Shown here piece after piece: positions 1-9,463 of a stretch of 64,000 nt of DNA. Source of the DNA: Dehalococcoidia bacterium (lineage in GTDB: Bacteria > Chloroflexota > Dehalococcoidia > Lucifugimonadales > G963668185); contig OZ250142.1 in the NCBI GenBank assembly GCA_965237445.1, positions 386,824-450,823 of the forward strand, read 5' to 3'. The notes beneath the pieces are model-generated. The model did no database searches, was not told the DNA's origin, and saw only the letters and a program-made list of their open reading frames with translations. Each line of letters opens with the position of its first letter. Position 1 is the stretch's first letter. A program made the position numbers and the translations under genes.

Positions 1-611
1 ACCGGATATGGATCGGTTATGAGCCGATGTTCGCAGACTACAGCTTTGTGAGGCCGGAGGTGATGGTGGAGTTTGGGGCGCGTTCAAGCGGGGAACCTCG
101 CGAGGAGCGTCCGATAGAGTGCGATGCGGCCCCGTACATTTCGGAGGTCGCCTTCCCGTCAACGCACTCCTTCGTCATGCTGGCTGAACGCACATTCTGG
201 GAGAAGGCGACGGCAGTACACGTCTTCTGCCGTCAAATGAGAAGCCGTGGGGAGCGGCTCTCGCGGCACTGGTATGACCTGGTCCGGCTGGACGATGCCA
301 GTCTTGCCGGGAAGGCTCTGGCCAACCGAGACGTTGCTCAAGCGGTGGCGCGACACAAGTCGATGTTCTTCAGGGAAAAGGACGCCGAAGGCAGTTGGAT
401 CGACTACGAGGCAGCGGTTTCCGGCGGACTGCAGCTTTTGCCTGACGGCACGGCCTATGAGGCCCTTGCGGAAGACTACGGCAGAATGCTCAGCGACGGA
501 ATGCTGCTTGAAGACGAAGAGCGATTCGAGGTGCTGATGGGCAGGTGCGCCGATCTTCAAGAGAGGGCCAACGAAGGGATGCGGCTCGGCGGGCCGGAGC
601 TTCAAGTTTGA
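1..611 (+). CDS. AbiEii/AbiGii-type nucleotidyltransferase toxin family protein, C-terminal part (5' end lies off-window)
   Basis: The frame is open from nt 3 to the stop at 609-611. Segments such as TFWEKATAVHVF and RHWYDL resemble the DUF1814/AbiEii family; this is recalled from memory, not searched. Confidence 0.55.
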   Translation, partial: RIWIGYEPMFADYSFVRPEVMVEFGARSSGEPREERPIECDAAPYISEVAFPSTHSFVMLAERTFWEKATAVHVFCRQMRSRGERLSRHWYDLVRLDDASLAGKALANRDVAQAVARHKSMFFREKDAEGSWIDYEAAVSGGLQLLPDGTAYEALAEDYGRMLSDGMLLEDEERFEVLMGRCADLQERANEGMRLGGPELQV

Positions 612-682
612 GTTTCATGATTCCTGAGCAACGGACACGGAGCGGTGGGGTGGCGGTAGTGTCCGGATAGGAGGGGTGCAGG

Positions 683-892
683 ATGGCTGATGGGTTTGTT
701 GGGCGGGTTAGGTGACTTGCGTTCGATGTGTTTGGGACGGTGATGGACCTTGCGGGCAGCCTGTCGGGGCCGGTTGGGGATTTTCTGAGAGCGCATGGGT
801 CGGCGATGTCGGGGGAGGCGTTCTATGCGGACTGTCGGGACCGGCAGCGCGTCGAGCAGTACCAGGACAACCTGCTGATGCTGGGACACAGC
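683..892 (+). pseudogene. Truncated duplicate of the 5' end of the haloacid-dehalogenase-like gene at 2646-3339
   Basis: 210 nt align almost base for base with 2635-2844. Homology stops abruptly at 892/2844. An upstream TGA sits where the full-length copy has TGG. Confidence 0.75.
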
Positions 893-981
893 ACTGACTT
901 AGAACCAGTTAGCAAAGCGGTGCGGAGAGGCCTTTCGCCGATGGGCATCATAACGGGTGGACAGGCAAACTGATTCCGCAT

Positions 982-1731
982 TCACGGTTTGCGAAGTGTG
1001 TAGATTATGAACTCGGGAACGCGCAGGTTGTCGCTGACGAAGGGGTAGCGCGCGGCTTGAGCATCAGTTGGCGTTGGCTCGCGGATGTCTTCAACTGCGA
1101 AGCCGATGTCCAAGAACGTTCGGACGTGCGTGGACAACGTACGGTGGAACATGGTCCACGGCTGATCATCCTGCCGAGCAATGTCTCGCTCACCTTCATC
1201 GAAGTAATGATCGACTGGATAGTGGAGCTTCAGGCTACCTTGCTTAATCCAGTTGAGACTTGCCGAGATCATTGGATGAAGGTTGCACACGACAAAAAGC
1301 CCATCTGGACATAGTATTCGAAACGCCTCCCGAACGGCGCTTTGCATGTCTGAAACATCCACAAGAGAGATGTACGAGATTGCAACCTCGAACTCGTTTT
1401 CGGGCAGTTCATTGAGGTCCTCCATGTCACCGATCAGATAGGCCTCGTTTGTGACACGATGCATCCTGGCGAACTCTATCAGCGGACGGCAAAGGTCCAG
1501 GCCGGTAACCACGGCGCCTCGCTCAGCGAGCATCCGACTGAAGCTGCCCTCGCCACAGCCCAGGTCGATCACCTTGCGATCAGCAACGTCACCAATTGCG
1601 TCAAGCATCCAGCCATCAAGCATGGCCTCACGGTGTGATGTCTCGATGTCCTGGATGCGGCTGATCCAGTCCTCCGCCCTCGCTTCCCATTCGGCCTTCA
1701 GTTCATCCTTCAGGGTGGATTGGTCGGACAT
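982..1731 (-). CDS. Class I SAM-dependent methyltransferase
   Basis: 249-aa ORF with the motif VIDLGCGEGSFSRMLAERGAVVTGLDL (SAM-binding motif I). GC is visibly lower than in the flanks. Confidence 0.85.
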   Translation of the reverse strand: MSDQSTLKDELKAEWEARAEDWISRIQDIETSHREAMLDGWMLDAIGDVADRKVIDLGCGEGSFSRMLAERGAVVTGLDLCRPLIEFARMHRVTNEAYLIGDMEDLNELPENEFEVAISYISLVDVSDMQSAVREAFRILCPDGLFVVCNLHPMISASLNWIKQGSLKLHYPVDHYFDEGERDIARQDDQPWTMFHRTLSTHVRTFLDIGFAVEDIREPTPTDAQAARYPFVSDNLRVPEFIIYTLRKP

Positions 1732-2645
1732 CGCGGCTCCTTTGGGAAATCTGGTGAATACAGCCGCGTCTCAGTTGAGACCAATTGTTCACCAGGCTTG
1801 CAACAGGTCTTGCGATTTCACGATAGCTCAAGACAACTCATAGGTATGGAGGCTTTTGAGTTTACCCATTTGCATGAAGTCTGGTCAGGCTTTGGTAACA
1901 GCTTTCGAAGCCTGCGCTACTTCGGCCGGCCAATCCGAGTGCCGAGTGAAACGAGAATACTTGTGGCCGAGACATTCTGAGTGCGGTGGGCGATCTGCGA
2001 ATCGCACCTTGTATCTTGGTGAAGGTGGAGAGGTATGGTTGGCAGGCGAAATTTCTCCGGCCCCTCTGGATTCCCGCTAGCCCCAGGTTCCCGCTGTTGC
2101 GGGAATGCGGGAATGACGATGCAGGTAGGGTGCCGTTGAAGGTTCGACAAGTGCTATGCGAACGGAAGAGGGAGGGGCCTTCGCCGCGTTGGTTGATTTC
2201 GAGGGTTGAGGGCGATTCGCCCCTACATGGGAGATGGGTTAACGGGAATTGAAGGGGGCCTTTCGACGGGTCAGGGCGGTGCAGTGACAAACGTGGCATG
2301 CGACGTTTGACCGGCGTTGTCGAGTTTCGAGGCGGCAGGCAGACTTGAAACTCACCACTACGATTGGCGGAGCGAGGGTACGAAGCGAACGAAAGGCAGG
2401 CACGAGGCCTGCCAGTACACGCCAGCCTTGGAAAGTCTCCGAGCGAGGTCAGAGCGTAGAGGCTGAAAACTAGTTTCACTGGAGAGTATCGTGGTGGCTG
2501 GCGGGAAGCTTTAGATTTCTCGGCTTCGCTCGAAATGACAGTGGGGGTCCGGCTCCCGCTTCTGGGCCTGGAGGGAGTCAGTGAGAGCGGACACAAATCT
2601 CTTGTGTAGGGTTACGGAACATGGGAGAGAGGGCATGGCTGATGG

Positions 2646-3339
2646 GTGTCTTGGCGGGTGAGGTGGCTTGCGTTCGATGTGTTTGGGACGGTGATGGACC
2701 TTACGGGTAGCCTGTCGGGGCCGGTTGGGGATTTTCTGAGGGCGCATGGGTCGGCGATGTCTGGGCGAGGCGTTCTATGCGGACTGGCGGGACCGGCAGC
2801 GCGTCGAGCAGTACCAGGACAACCTGCTGATGCTGGGACACAGCGGCTACCTGGAGACGTGTCGCCGGGCGTTCGTCTACTGCCTTAAGAAGCACGACGT
2901 CAGCTATACCGAGGAGTCGGTCCGGGAGTTTATGAAGGTGTATCAGGGCTTGCAGCCCTTTGGGGACGCGGTCGAAGGGCTGCGAAGGCTGTCGGGAAGC
3001 TATGGGCTGGTCGCGCTGTCGAACGGGGAGCAGTGGTACCTCGAAAAACTGCTGGGCAACAACGTGCCGATCACGTTCGACGCAATCATATCGGTGGACC
3101 AGGTCGGGGCGTTCAAGCCTTCGCCGGGGATCTATCGCAAGGCGGTGCAGCGGCTGGGGTGCGAGCCGGGGGAGATCATGATGGTGGCGGCGCACTCGTT
3201 CGACATCCTGGGCGCGCAGGCGTGCGGGTTCAAGGCGGCGTACGTGAACAGGTACAGGCTGCCGACGGAGGTTTCTGAGTACCAGCCGGAGATCGTCGTG
3301 GGGGATTTCGTGGAGCTGGCGTCGGTGTTGCTGGGGTGA
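2646..3339 (+). pseudogene. HAD-superfamily L-2-haloacid-dehalogenase-like hydrolase, frameshifted near 2761-2766
   Basis: The N-terminus AFDVFGTVMD (HAD motif I) is in one frame (2646-2888). The remainder (FYADWRDRQRVEQYQ...AHSFDILGA) is in another frame (2746-3339). The duplicate at 683-892 is 1 nt shorter at this point and reads through in frame. Confidence 0.75.
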
Positions 3340-3445
3340 GGGGGAGTGGGCGTTCGCGCCTGGATTGACCCCCTCGAGCGACGTGGCAATGCGCATCGGG
3401 GAGTCGTTTGGCCGCGACGGGGTCCAGCCGGGCACCTCTGGATAC

Positions 3446-4502
3446 TCTAAATTCACAAACGAAGTGCAACACCTCGTTCGACGGGGTGTTGTCATGGGAA
3501 AGCATTATGGACATGTCACCATTGAAGAGCGATGTGAAGTTGCCCGTCTACAAGCCGAGGGTCGCGTAGAGGCGATCCGGCAAATCGCTGCAGGTCTGGA
3601 TCGCTCGCCATCGACAGTTGCTCGGGAGCTGAAGCGCAATGGGTCACGAACCGGTGGATACAAGCCGGTGTATGCCCACCAGCAGGCACGTGCCCGCCGG
3701 TGGCGAGGCTCACGCATGGAGCGGGACGATGCTCTGCGGGCACGGGTGCTCTCATGCCTCCAACAGGGCTGGTCGCCCGAGCAGGTTGCCGGTCGGCTTA
3801 AGTTGGACGCCGGCCGCGTGGTCATATCTCACGAGAGCATCTACAGGTTCATTTACGGTCAGTTTGCGCGCACACAGGACTATGGGTGGAGGCACTACCT
3901 GCCTCGCGCCAAGTCGAAGCGCGGCTGGAGGGGCCGCAGAGGTGGAAGTCCTGCCTCCTTCATCGCCAAGCGCCGTCCCATCGCTGAGCGTCCCAAGAGC
4001 GCTGCGGACCGCCGCACTCCCGGCCACTGGGAGGCAGACCTGATGCTGTTCAGAACCTATGGACATGCCGTGCGGAGTGTTCGGTGGCCATGCACGAACG
4101 CCACTCCCGTATCCTCATTGCCGTCAGACCTCCTGGCAAGGCTTCCGGCCCCATTGCCGACGCCATGACACAGCTGCTCGGACAGTTCCCGCCCCAGTGG
4201 CGACGCACGGTTGCCTTCGACAACGGGACCGAATTCGCTCTCCACTACCGACTCCACAATCTTGGTATCGAGACCTTCTTCTGTGATGTTCGCTCTCCCT
4301 GGCAGAAAGGGGGCATCGAGAACGCCATCGGCCGGTTGAGACGAACCCTGCCTCGCAAAACGGACCTGACCGCGTTGGCGGACGCACAGTTCACTCACTT
4401 GCTTCAGGCCTACAACAATACTCCACGCAAATGCCTCAACTACAAAACTCCAGCAGAGATCCTTCTGAATCAGGTGTTGCGCTTGAAATGTGAATCCACC
4501 TG
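3446..4502 (+). mobile_element. IS30-family insertion sequence (~1.06 kb)
   Basis: Imperfect terminal inverted repeats: attcacaaacgaagtgcaacacc (3451-3473) and the reverse complement of 4473-4495, with 18/23 matches. The flanks rejoin as a continuous sequence in an uninterrupted paralogous repeat copy at 4781-4860. Ends are uncertain by about 5 nt. Confidence 0.8.
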
Positions 4503-4521
4503 CCGGCCTGCGCCGGTATGA
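3494..4521 (+). pseudogene. IS30-family DDE transposase, split over two frames (shift about 4060-4090)
   Basis: The N-terminal HTH part and PGHWEADL are in frame 2 (to 4168). The catalytic part (HERHSRILI...DNGTEF...PWQKGGIEN) is in frame 1 (4084-4521). The stop codon lies about 20 nt beyond the right inverted repeat. Confidence 0.8.
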
Positions 4522-4975
4522 CGGGGGTCCGGGCGAGGGTTGTGTGGCGCATTCGAGGGTTGGCGCAGGGCAACAGTCTTAGATCCTTCGCTCGATGCTT
4601 CGCGTGGGCGATGGCGGCGGGATGACAAGTTGTAGGGATGAACGGGCGTGGATGGAGCGGGCGGGTTTCAAACGCGCCCCTACGCAGAGGTGTGTCGTGA
4701 GTTGGGGTGATCCCTCGGGCGATTCGATGAAGCGGGCGGCGGAGCGGCCCATACGCGGCGTGGTGTTGCTCATTGTCTGGGAGTCGTTGGGCCGCGACTG
4801 GGTCCAGCCGGGCTCCTCTGGATACCAGCCTGCGCTGGTATGACGGGGGTCCGGGCGAGGGTTGTGTGGCGGTTTCGAGGTTTGGCGCTGGGCAAAAGTC
4901 TTAGATCCCTCGGCTTCGCTCGGGATGACAAGTTGTAGGGATGAACGGGCGTGGATGGAGCGGGCGGCGGCGGTG
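4503..4975. repeat. Two copies of a ~150-200-bp dispersed repeat unit (about 4503-4700 and 4826-4975)
   Basis: Shared blocks gcctgcgc(c/t)ggtatgacgggggtccgggcgagggttgtgtggcg..cttagatcc and gggatgacaagttgtagggatgaacgggcgtggatggagcgggcgg. Confidence 0.8.
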
Positions 4976-5185
4976 GGCGGTTCGAGGAGCCTGTTTCATA
5001 AGTCAGATCTCCCCATTGTTACGGTGAAACGCTCGGTGAGAATCGTAGATGGTCTGAGGATATGCGACGAAGTCGTGTGCTTTACGGGATCACCCTCACC
5101 TCAATCCTCTCCCATCAAGGGAGAGGAGGCAGTTGCGCCGAGATTGCGAAACAGGCTCCGCGAACCGCCCCTACGGTGGGGGCTT

Positions 5186-5455
5186 GGGCGGGAATGGCAA
5201 TTTGCGCGGGCTGACATCGAGCGTTGGCGGAGGCGGGCGGGTTTGAAACCCGCCCCTACGCGGGGGTGTGTCGTGAGTTGGGGGAGGGCGGTTGACGGAG
5301 CGCACCTACAGGGGACGTTCTGGGCGGGAATGGCGGCATGCGAGGGCTGACATCGAGCGTGGGCGGAGGCGGGCGGGTTTGAAACCCGCCCCTACGCGGG
5401 GGTGTGTCGTGAGTTGGGAGGGCGGTTCGCGGAGCGCACCTATGTGGGAGCGGAT
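5186..5455. repeat. Tandem duplication of a 136-bp unit carrying a perfect GC hairpin
   Basis: Units start at 5186 and 5322 (gggcgggaatggc..gggctgacatcgagcg..). Each contains gggcgggtttgaaacccgccc followed by ctacgcgggggtgtgtcgtgagttggg. A third, degenerate copy lies at about 4660-4710. Confidence 0.85.
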
Positions 5456-5524
5456 GTCGTGGGGGTGGTTCCTGGGTAGGGGGACTAGGCTATACTCCAG
5501 GCTCCCAGTCCATTCAGGAGTTGG

Positions 5525-6607
5525 ATGATGGCGACGAGACCACCGCCTCGACAGGGGCACCCTTACCATATGCACGATTGCATCCATGATCAGCCTGAGG
5601 CGATTGCCGGGGTCCTGGAATCGCAGGTGCATGCGGCGGACGAGGTGGCGGCGATGGCGTCGAAGGCGAGAAGGACGTACGTGTGCGGGATCGGAACGTC
5701 CTGGCATGCGGCACTAGTGGGCGAGCACCTGTTCAGGTCTGTTGGGCATCACGACGCCCATGCCTGGCATTCGTTTGAGTTTGCTTCCTATCCCCCACCG
5801 CTCAGCGGCGAGGACCTGGTGATTGTGATGGCGCACAGCGGCACGAAGCACTACTCGGCCGAGGCTTTGAGCATGGCCAAAGAGTCTGGTGCGCTGACGG
5901 CCATACTGACGTGCCAGACTTCTGAGGCGAGACTGGAACTGGCGGACGTTGTCCTGAAGACGACGTACCGGGACAGGTCGTCTGCGTTTACAGTCAGCCA
6001 CACGGGCGCGATGACGGCGCTGGCGCTGATCGCGTCCCGGCTGCCGGGCGGCGAGGAGACAGGCCGGGAGCTGGCCGGACTTCCTGACAAGTTGGCCTCG
6101 GCGCTCAAGCGGGAGGCGGAGGTGATGGAGCTTGTGTCGCAGGTCCGCGAGTTCGGCTGGTACTGTTTCGCCGGATGGGGCCCGAACGCCTCGACGGCGT
6201 ACGAGGCGGCACTGAAAATCAACGAGGCGACGTACGACGTGACGACGGCCTTTCAACTGGAACAGTTCCTTCACGGGCCCTTCGTCGCGACGGGGCCGCG
6301 ATGCTCGGTGACGCTGGTTTCCCCGCCAGGACCCGGATACGAGAGGTCGCTGGAGATCGGTCGAGCGGTGAAGGCGACAGGGGGAGGTCTGGCGGCGCTG
6401 GTGGCCGAGGGGGACGAGGAGATGTCGGCGCTGGCGGACCACGCGGTGTCGTTGCCAAGCGTGAGCGAGGCGCTGTCGCCGATCGTGTACGTGGCGCCGC
6501 TGCAGCTTTTCACGTACTGGCTGGCCCTGGACCGGGGCAGGAACCCGGACACGTTCAGGCTGGATGACCCGACGCACCAGGCGGCGAGGGAGTATTACTC
6601 GCTGTAG
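5525..6607 (+). CDS. SIS-domain sugar-phosphate isomerase/deglycase-like protein (GlmS C-terminal / AgaS / FrlB-like)
   Basis: 360-aa ORF with two SIS-like halves. CGIGTSWHAALVGEHLF is the typical first SIS motif. Confidence 0.75.
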   Translation: MMATRPPPRQGHPYHMHDCIHDQPEAIAGVLESQVHAADEVAAMASKARRTYVCGIGTSWHAALVGEHLFRSVGHHDAHAWHSFEFASYPPPLSGEDLVIVMAHSGTKHYSAEALSMAKESGALTAILTCQTSEARLELADVVLKTTYRDRSSAFTVSHTGAMTALALIASRLPGGEETGRELAGLPDKLASALKREAEVMELVSQVREFGWYCFAGWGPNASTAYEAALKINEATYDVTTAFQLEQFLHGPFVATGPRCSVTLVSPPGPGYERSLEIGRAVKATGGGLAALVAEGDEEMSALADHAVSLPSVSEALSPIVYVAPLQLFTYWLALDRGRNPDTFRLDDPTHQAAREYYSL

Positions 6608-6798
6608 TCCGGCGGCGGGCGAGGCAGATCGCCGGCCTCTACGGGATTGGGGTCGCGCCGTTCGGTGCACGGATGACGGGAGGAGCGGGTGTCGTGGGGG
6701 TGGTTGGGGGGTGGGCGGTGGGCGGAGCGCACGTGCCGGGTTGGTGTTGAGCCGTTCGATGCTGGAGTCCCGGCCCCTGGATTCCCGCCTGCGGAGAG

Positions 6799-6916
6799 CT
6801 TTGCATAACCAACTTTCGTGGGGAGGAGAACCCCATCCCAACCTTCCCCAGTCTGCTGGGGAAGGGGTCAAAGGAATGCTTCCGCTGGCGTAGGCGGCAG
6901 TTTTGCAAAGGTCTCC
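6799..6916. repeat. MITE-like element, copy A (copy B at 41743-41861)
   Basis: ~118 bp, about nine in ten bases shared with copy B by eye. Terminal inverted ctttgca...tgcaaag and an internal palindrome ccttcccca..tggggaagg. Confidence 0.75.
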
Positions 6917-7480
6917 CTGCGCGGGAATGATGGGTTGCGCGTGGTGACGTCGAGTGTGGGTGGCGGCGGCGGTGGGCGACTCGCGAACCCGCCCCTTGAA
7001 TATTGGTGAAGGTAGCTGCAAGGGCGTACGTTCGGTCTCTAGCGGGGCGCTTTAGATTTCTCGGCTGCGCTCGAAATGACAAATGATAGGTGCTCGGGAC
7101 GACAAAGGGTGGCGGCTTGGATGGCGGTGACGGTGAGCGGTCCGCGAACCGCCCCCACGGGGCAGGTGTTGAGCCGTTTGCTGCTGGGGCCGGCGCCCTT
7201 CAACTGAGCGCCGGGCTTCCTCCGACCTCATCCGATGCGTAATCACTTGCGTAGTTCAAAGTAGCAGGGGCAAACTGGAGTCTGGAGGTCACCGCCCTCC
7301 TCCAGAACGATACGGTGAGGGACAGGCTTGGCGGCCAGCAGGGCTCATCCAGCCGTCCGGGCCAGAGCGCGGGACACACACCGCCGGTCCGAGTGGGGCT
7401 GCGCCGAACGCGAACTGGCGGACTCTTCACAATTCCTTGATACAGGTGCAATACGGTTGAGCGATGAACGCGTCGATCCC

Positions 7481-8440
7481 ATGAGCGAGGCAACGCCGCG
7501 GACGCGGTCGAGGCCCGAGCGGGTGGGAGCCGGAGGGCGTTCCCGCGCCGCGACAATGCGACCATTCAGCACAGTACCTGACGCCGAGGCCCAAGGCGTA
7601 GAGCCGCCGGTTGGAGACACGACGGGCGTACTGCGGACGTGGAGGGCGATGGGGCGCTTCGTGCGCGAGCGGTCCGGCGTGCTGACGCTCGTGGCACTAA
7701 CGGCGATGGCGCTGGCCATCGCGTTCCTGCTGTGGGACAACTCGCGGTCGAGGAGCCAGGACGCTGCGCCTGTCGATGCGCAGGCGGAAGCGGCCGACGC
7801 TCTGAGCGCGGAGGCGCAGGAGCAGGCCATTTCCGCGCTGGTCTACCAGGCGATACTGCCATCGATGGTCGTCGTGCAGACTGATGTTGGCGGCGAAGGA
7901 AGCGGCGTCGGCATCGGGGCCGGCGTGGTGATCAACAGCAAGGCAGAGGTGCTCACCGCGTGGCACGTGGTCCAGCAGTCAACGGACGTCAAGGTAGCCT
8001 ACGCGGACGGGTCACTGACAGCGGCTATCGTCGCAGGCGTTGACGAAGCGAGAGACATCGCCGTGCTGACGCCATTAAAGATGCCGAGCCTGGTGGCGCC
8101 GGCAACGATGGGCAATCCATCGTCGCTGAGCGTGGGCGACGAGGTGTTCGCGGTGGGCAACCCGCTGGGACTTGTGGCCTCGCTGAGCGCGGGCGTAGTG
8201 AGCGGACTCGACCGCGAGTACCTGCCGTCTGACCGGGAGGACTCGATACGAGGACTGATCCAGTTCGACGCCGCAGTGAACCCGGGCAACTCGGGCGGGC
8301 CGCTGCTGAACAGCCAGGGGCAGGTGGTCGGAATCGTCACGGGGCTGTCCAACCCGACCGACCAGGACTTCTTTGTTGGAATAGGATTCGCGGTACCCAT
8401 CGACCAGGCCGCGAGACCTGCCGGAGGGCCGAGCCAGTAA
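7481..8440 (+). CDS. Trypsin-like serine protease (S1C/HtrA-like, no PDZ domain seen) with an N-terminal TM anchor
   Basis: GNSGGPLLN catalytic-Ser motif, TAWHVV (His) and DIAVL (Asp). The ORF is open from 7328; ATG 7481 is chosen as the start and remains uncertain. Confidence 0.8.
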   Translation: MSEATPRTRSRPERVGAGGRSRAATMRPFSTVPDAEAQGVEPPVGDTTGVLRTWRAMGRFVRERSGVLTLVALTAMALAIAFLLWDNSRSRSQDAAPVDAQAEAADALSAEAQEQAISALVYQAILPSMVVVQTDVGGEGSGVGIGAGVVINSKAEVLTAWHVVQQSTDVKVAYADGSLTAAIVAGVDEARDIAVLTPLKMPSLVAPATMGNPSSLSVGDEVFAVGNPLGLVASLSAGVVSGLDREYLPSDREDSIRGLIQFDAAVNPGNSGGPLLNSQGQVVGIVTGLSNPTDQDFFVGIGFAVPIDQAARPAGGPSQ

Positions 8441-8464
8441 GCGAGCCAAAGGAATGAACCGACT

Positions 8465-9463
8465 ATGAACAACGCCGGCAGCAGGGAACCGATGGAACGG
8501 GTCTTATACGAGGTGAAGAAGGTGATCGTGGGCCAGGACCTCCTCCTCGAGCGGATGGTGGTGGCGCTGCTGGCCAGGGGTCACATCCTCGTCGAGGGCG
8601 TCCCTGGGCTGGCGAAGACGATGGCCGTAAAGACGCTGGCGCAGGCGGTCGGCGGGGAGTTCCAGCGGATCCAGTTCACGCCGGACCTGATGCCGGCAGA
8701 CCTGGTGGGCACGCGCATCTATAACCAGAAGAACGGGGAGTTCAACACATCGCTGGGGCCGGTGTTCACGAACCTGCTGCTGGCCGATGAGATCAACCGC
8801 GCTCCCGCCAAGGTGCAGAGCGCCCTGCTGGAGGTTATGCAGGAGCGGCAGGTGACCATCGGGCGGGAGACGTATCCGGTGCCCAGCCCGTTCCTGGTCA
8901 TGGCCACGCAGAACCCGATCGAGTCTGAGGGCACGTACCCGCTGCCCGAGGCGCAGGTGGACCGCTTCATGCTGAAGGTGCTCGTCGGCTATCCGAGCAC
9001 GACCGAGGAGTTCGTGATCGTCGAGCGCATGACGGGCGCGCTACAGGACGTGGCGCCGATCCTCGACCCCGACGGGCTGCTGGACATGCAGCGCAGGGCG
9101 GACGGCGTCTACGTGGACCCGGCGCTGATCGACTACTCGGTAAAGCTGGTCACGGCCTCACGCGAGCCTGAGATGTGCGGCCTGGGCGACCTGAAGCGAT
9201 ACATTCTGTTCGGCGCGAGCCCCCGCGCGTCGATCAACCTGATCATCGCGGGCCGGGCACTGGCGTTCGTGCGGGGCCGCGACTACGCGCTGCCGGAGGA
9301 CGTCCGCGACGTGGCTCTGGACGTGATGCGTCACCGGCTCGTGCTGTCCTACGAGGCGCTTTCCGACAACGTCCAGAGCGACGACATCCTCGACCGGCTG
9401 ATGGAGGCGGTCGCGCTGCCAGAGGTGCCTTTACGTGAGTACGCAGGCGCCCGCACAAGCTAG
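8465..9463 (+). CDS. MoxR-family AAA+ ATPase
   Basis: VEGVPGLAKT (Walker A), LLADEINRA (Walker B) and a typical MoxR length of 332 aa. Confidence 0.9.
   Translation: MNNAGSREPMERVLYEVKKVIVGQDLLLERMVVALLARGHILVEGVPGLAKTMAVKTLAQAVGGEFQRIQFTPDLMPADLVGTRIYNQKNGEFNTSLGPVFTNLLLADEINRAPAKVQSALLEVMQERQVTIGRETYPVPSPFLVMATQNPIESEGTYPLPEAQVDRFMLKVLVGYPSTTEEFVIVERMTGALQDVAPILDPDGLLDMQRRADGVYVDPALIDYSVKLVTASREPEMCGLGDLKRYILFGASPRASINLIIAGRALAFVRGRDYALPEDVRDVALDVMRHRLVLSYEALSDNVQSDDILDRLMEAVALPEVPLREYAGARTS

Noticed and set aside
2430-2440. ggaaagtctcc resembling the RNase P RNA GGAAAGUCCGG core
   Set aside because: The match breaks after GGAAAGUC. None of the other conserved RNase P elements, nor the expected ~350-nt architecture, is present in the flanks.
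1862-2596. 244-aa minus-strand ORF between the methyltransferase and the HAD gene
   Set aside because: It runs through REP-like repeats (ggattcccgc..gcgggaatg, agatttctcgg..cgaaatgaca), and its translation consists of repeat-derived strings. It is not a credible protein.
4503-5520. The hairpin-repeat cluster as a possible CRISPR array
   Set aside because: The repeat units are 136-200 bp, imperfect and nested. There is no regular 25-40-bp repeat/spacer periodicity and no cas genes.
5714-7021. 435-aa minus-strand ORF spanning the SIS gene and the repeat field
   Set aside because: It lies antisense to a well-supported SIS-domain gene and continues into REP/MITE-like repeats. The translation is Arg/Pro-rich low complexity, as is typical of antisense frames in GC-rich DNA.
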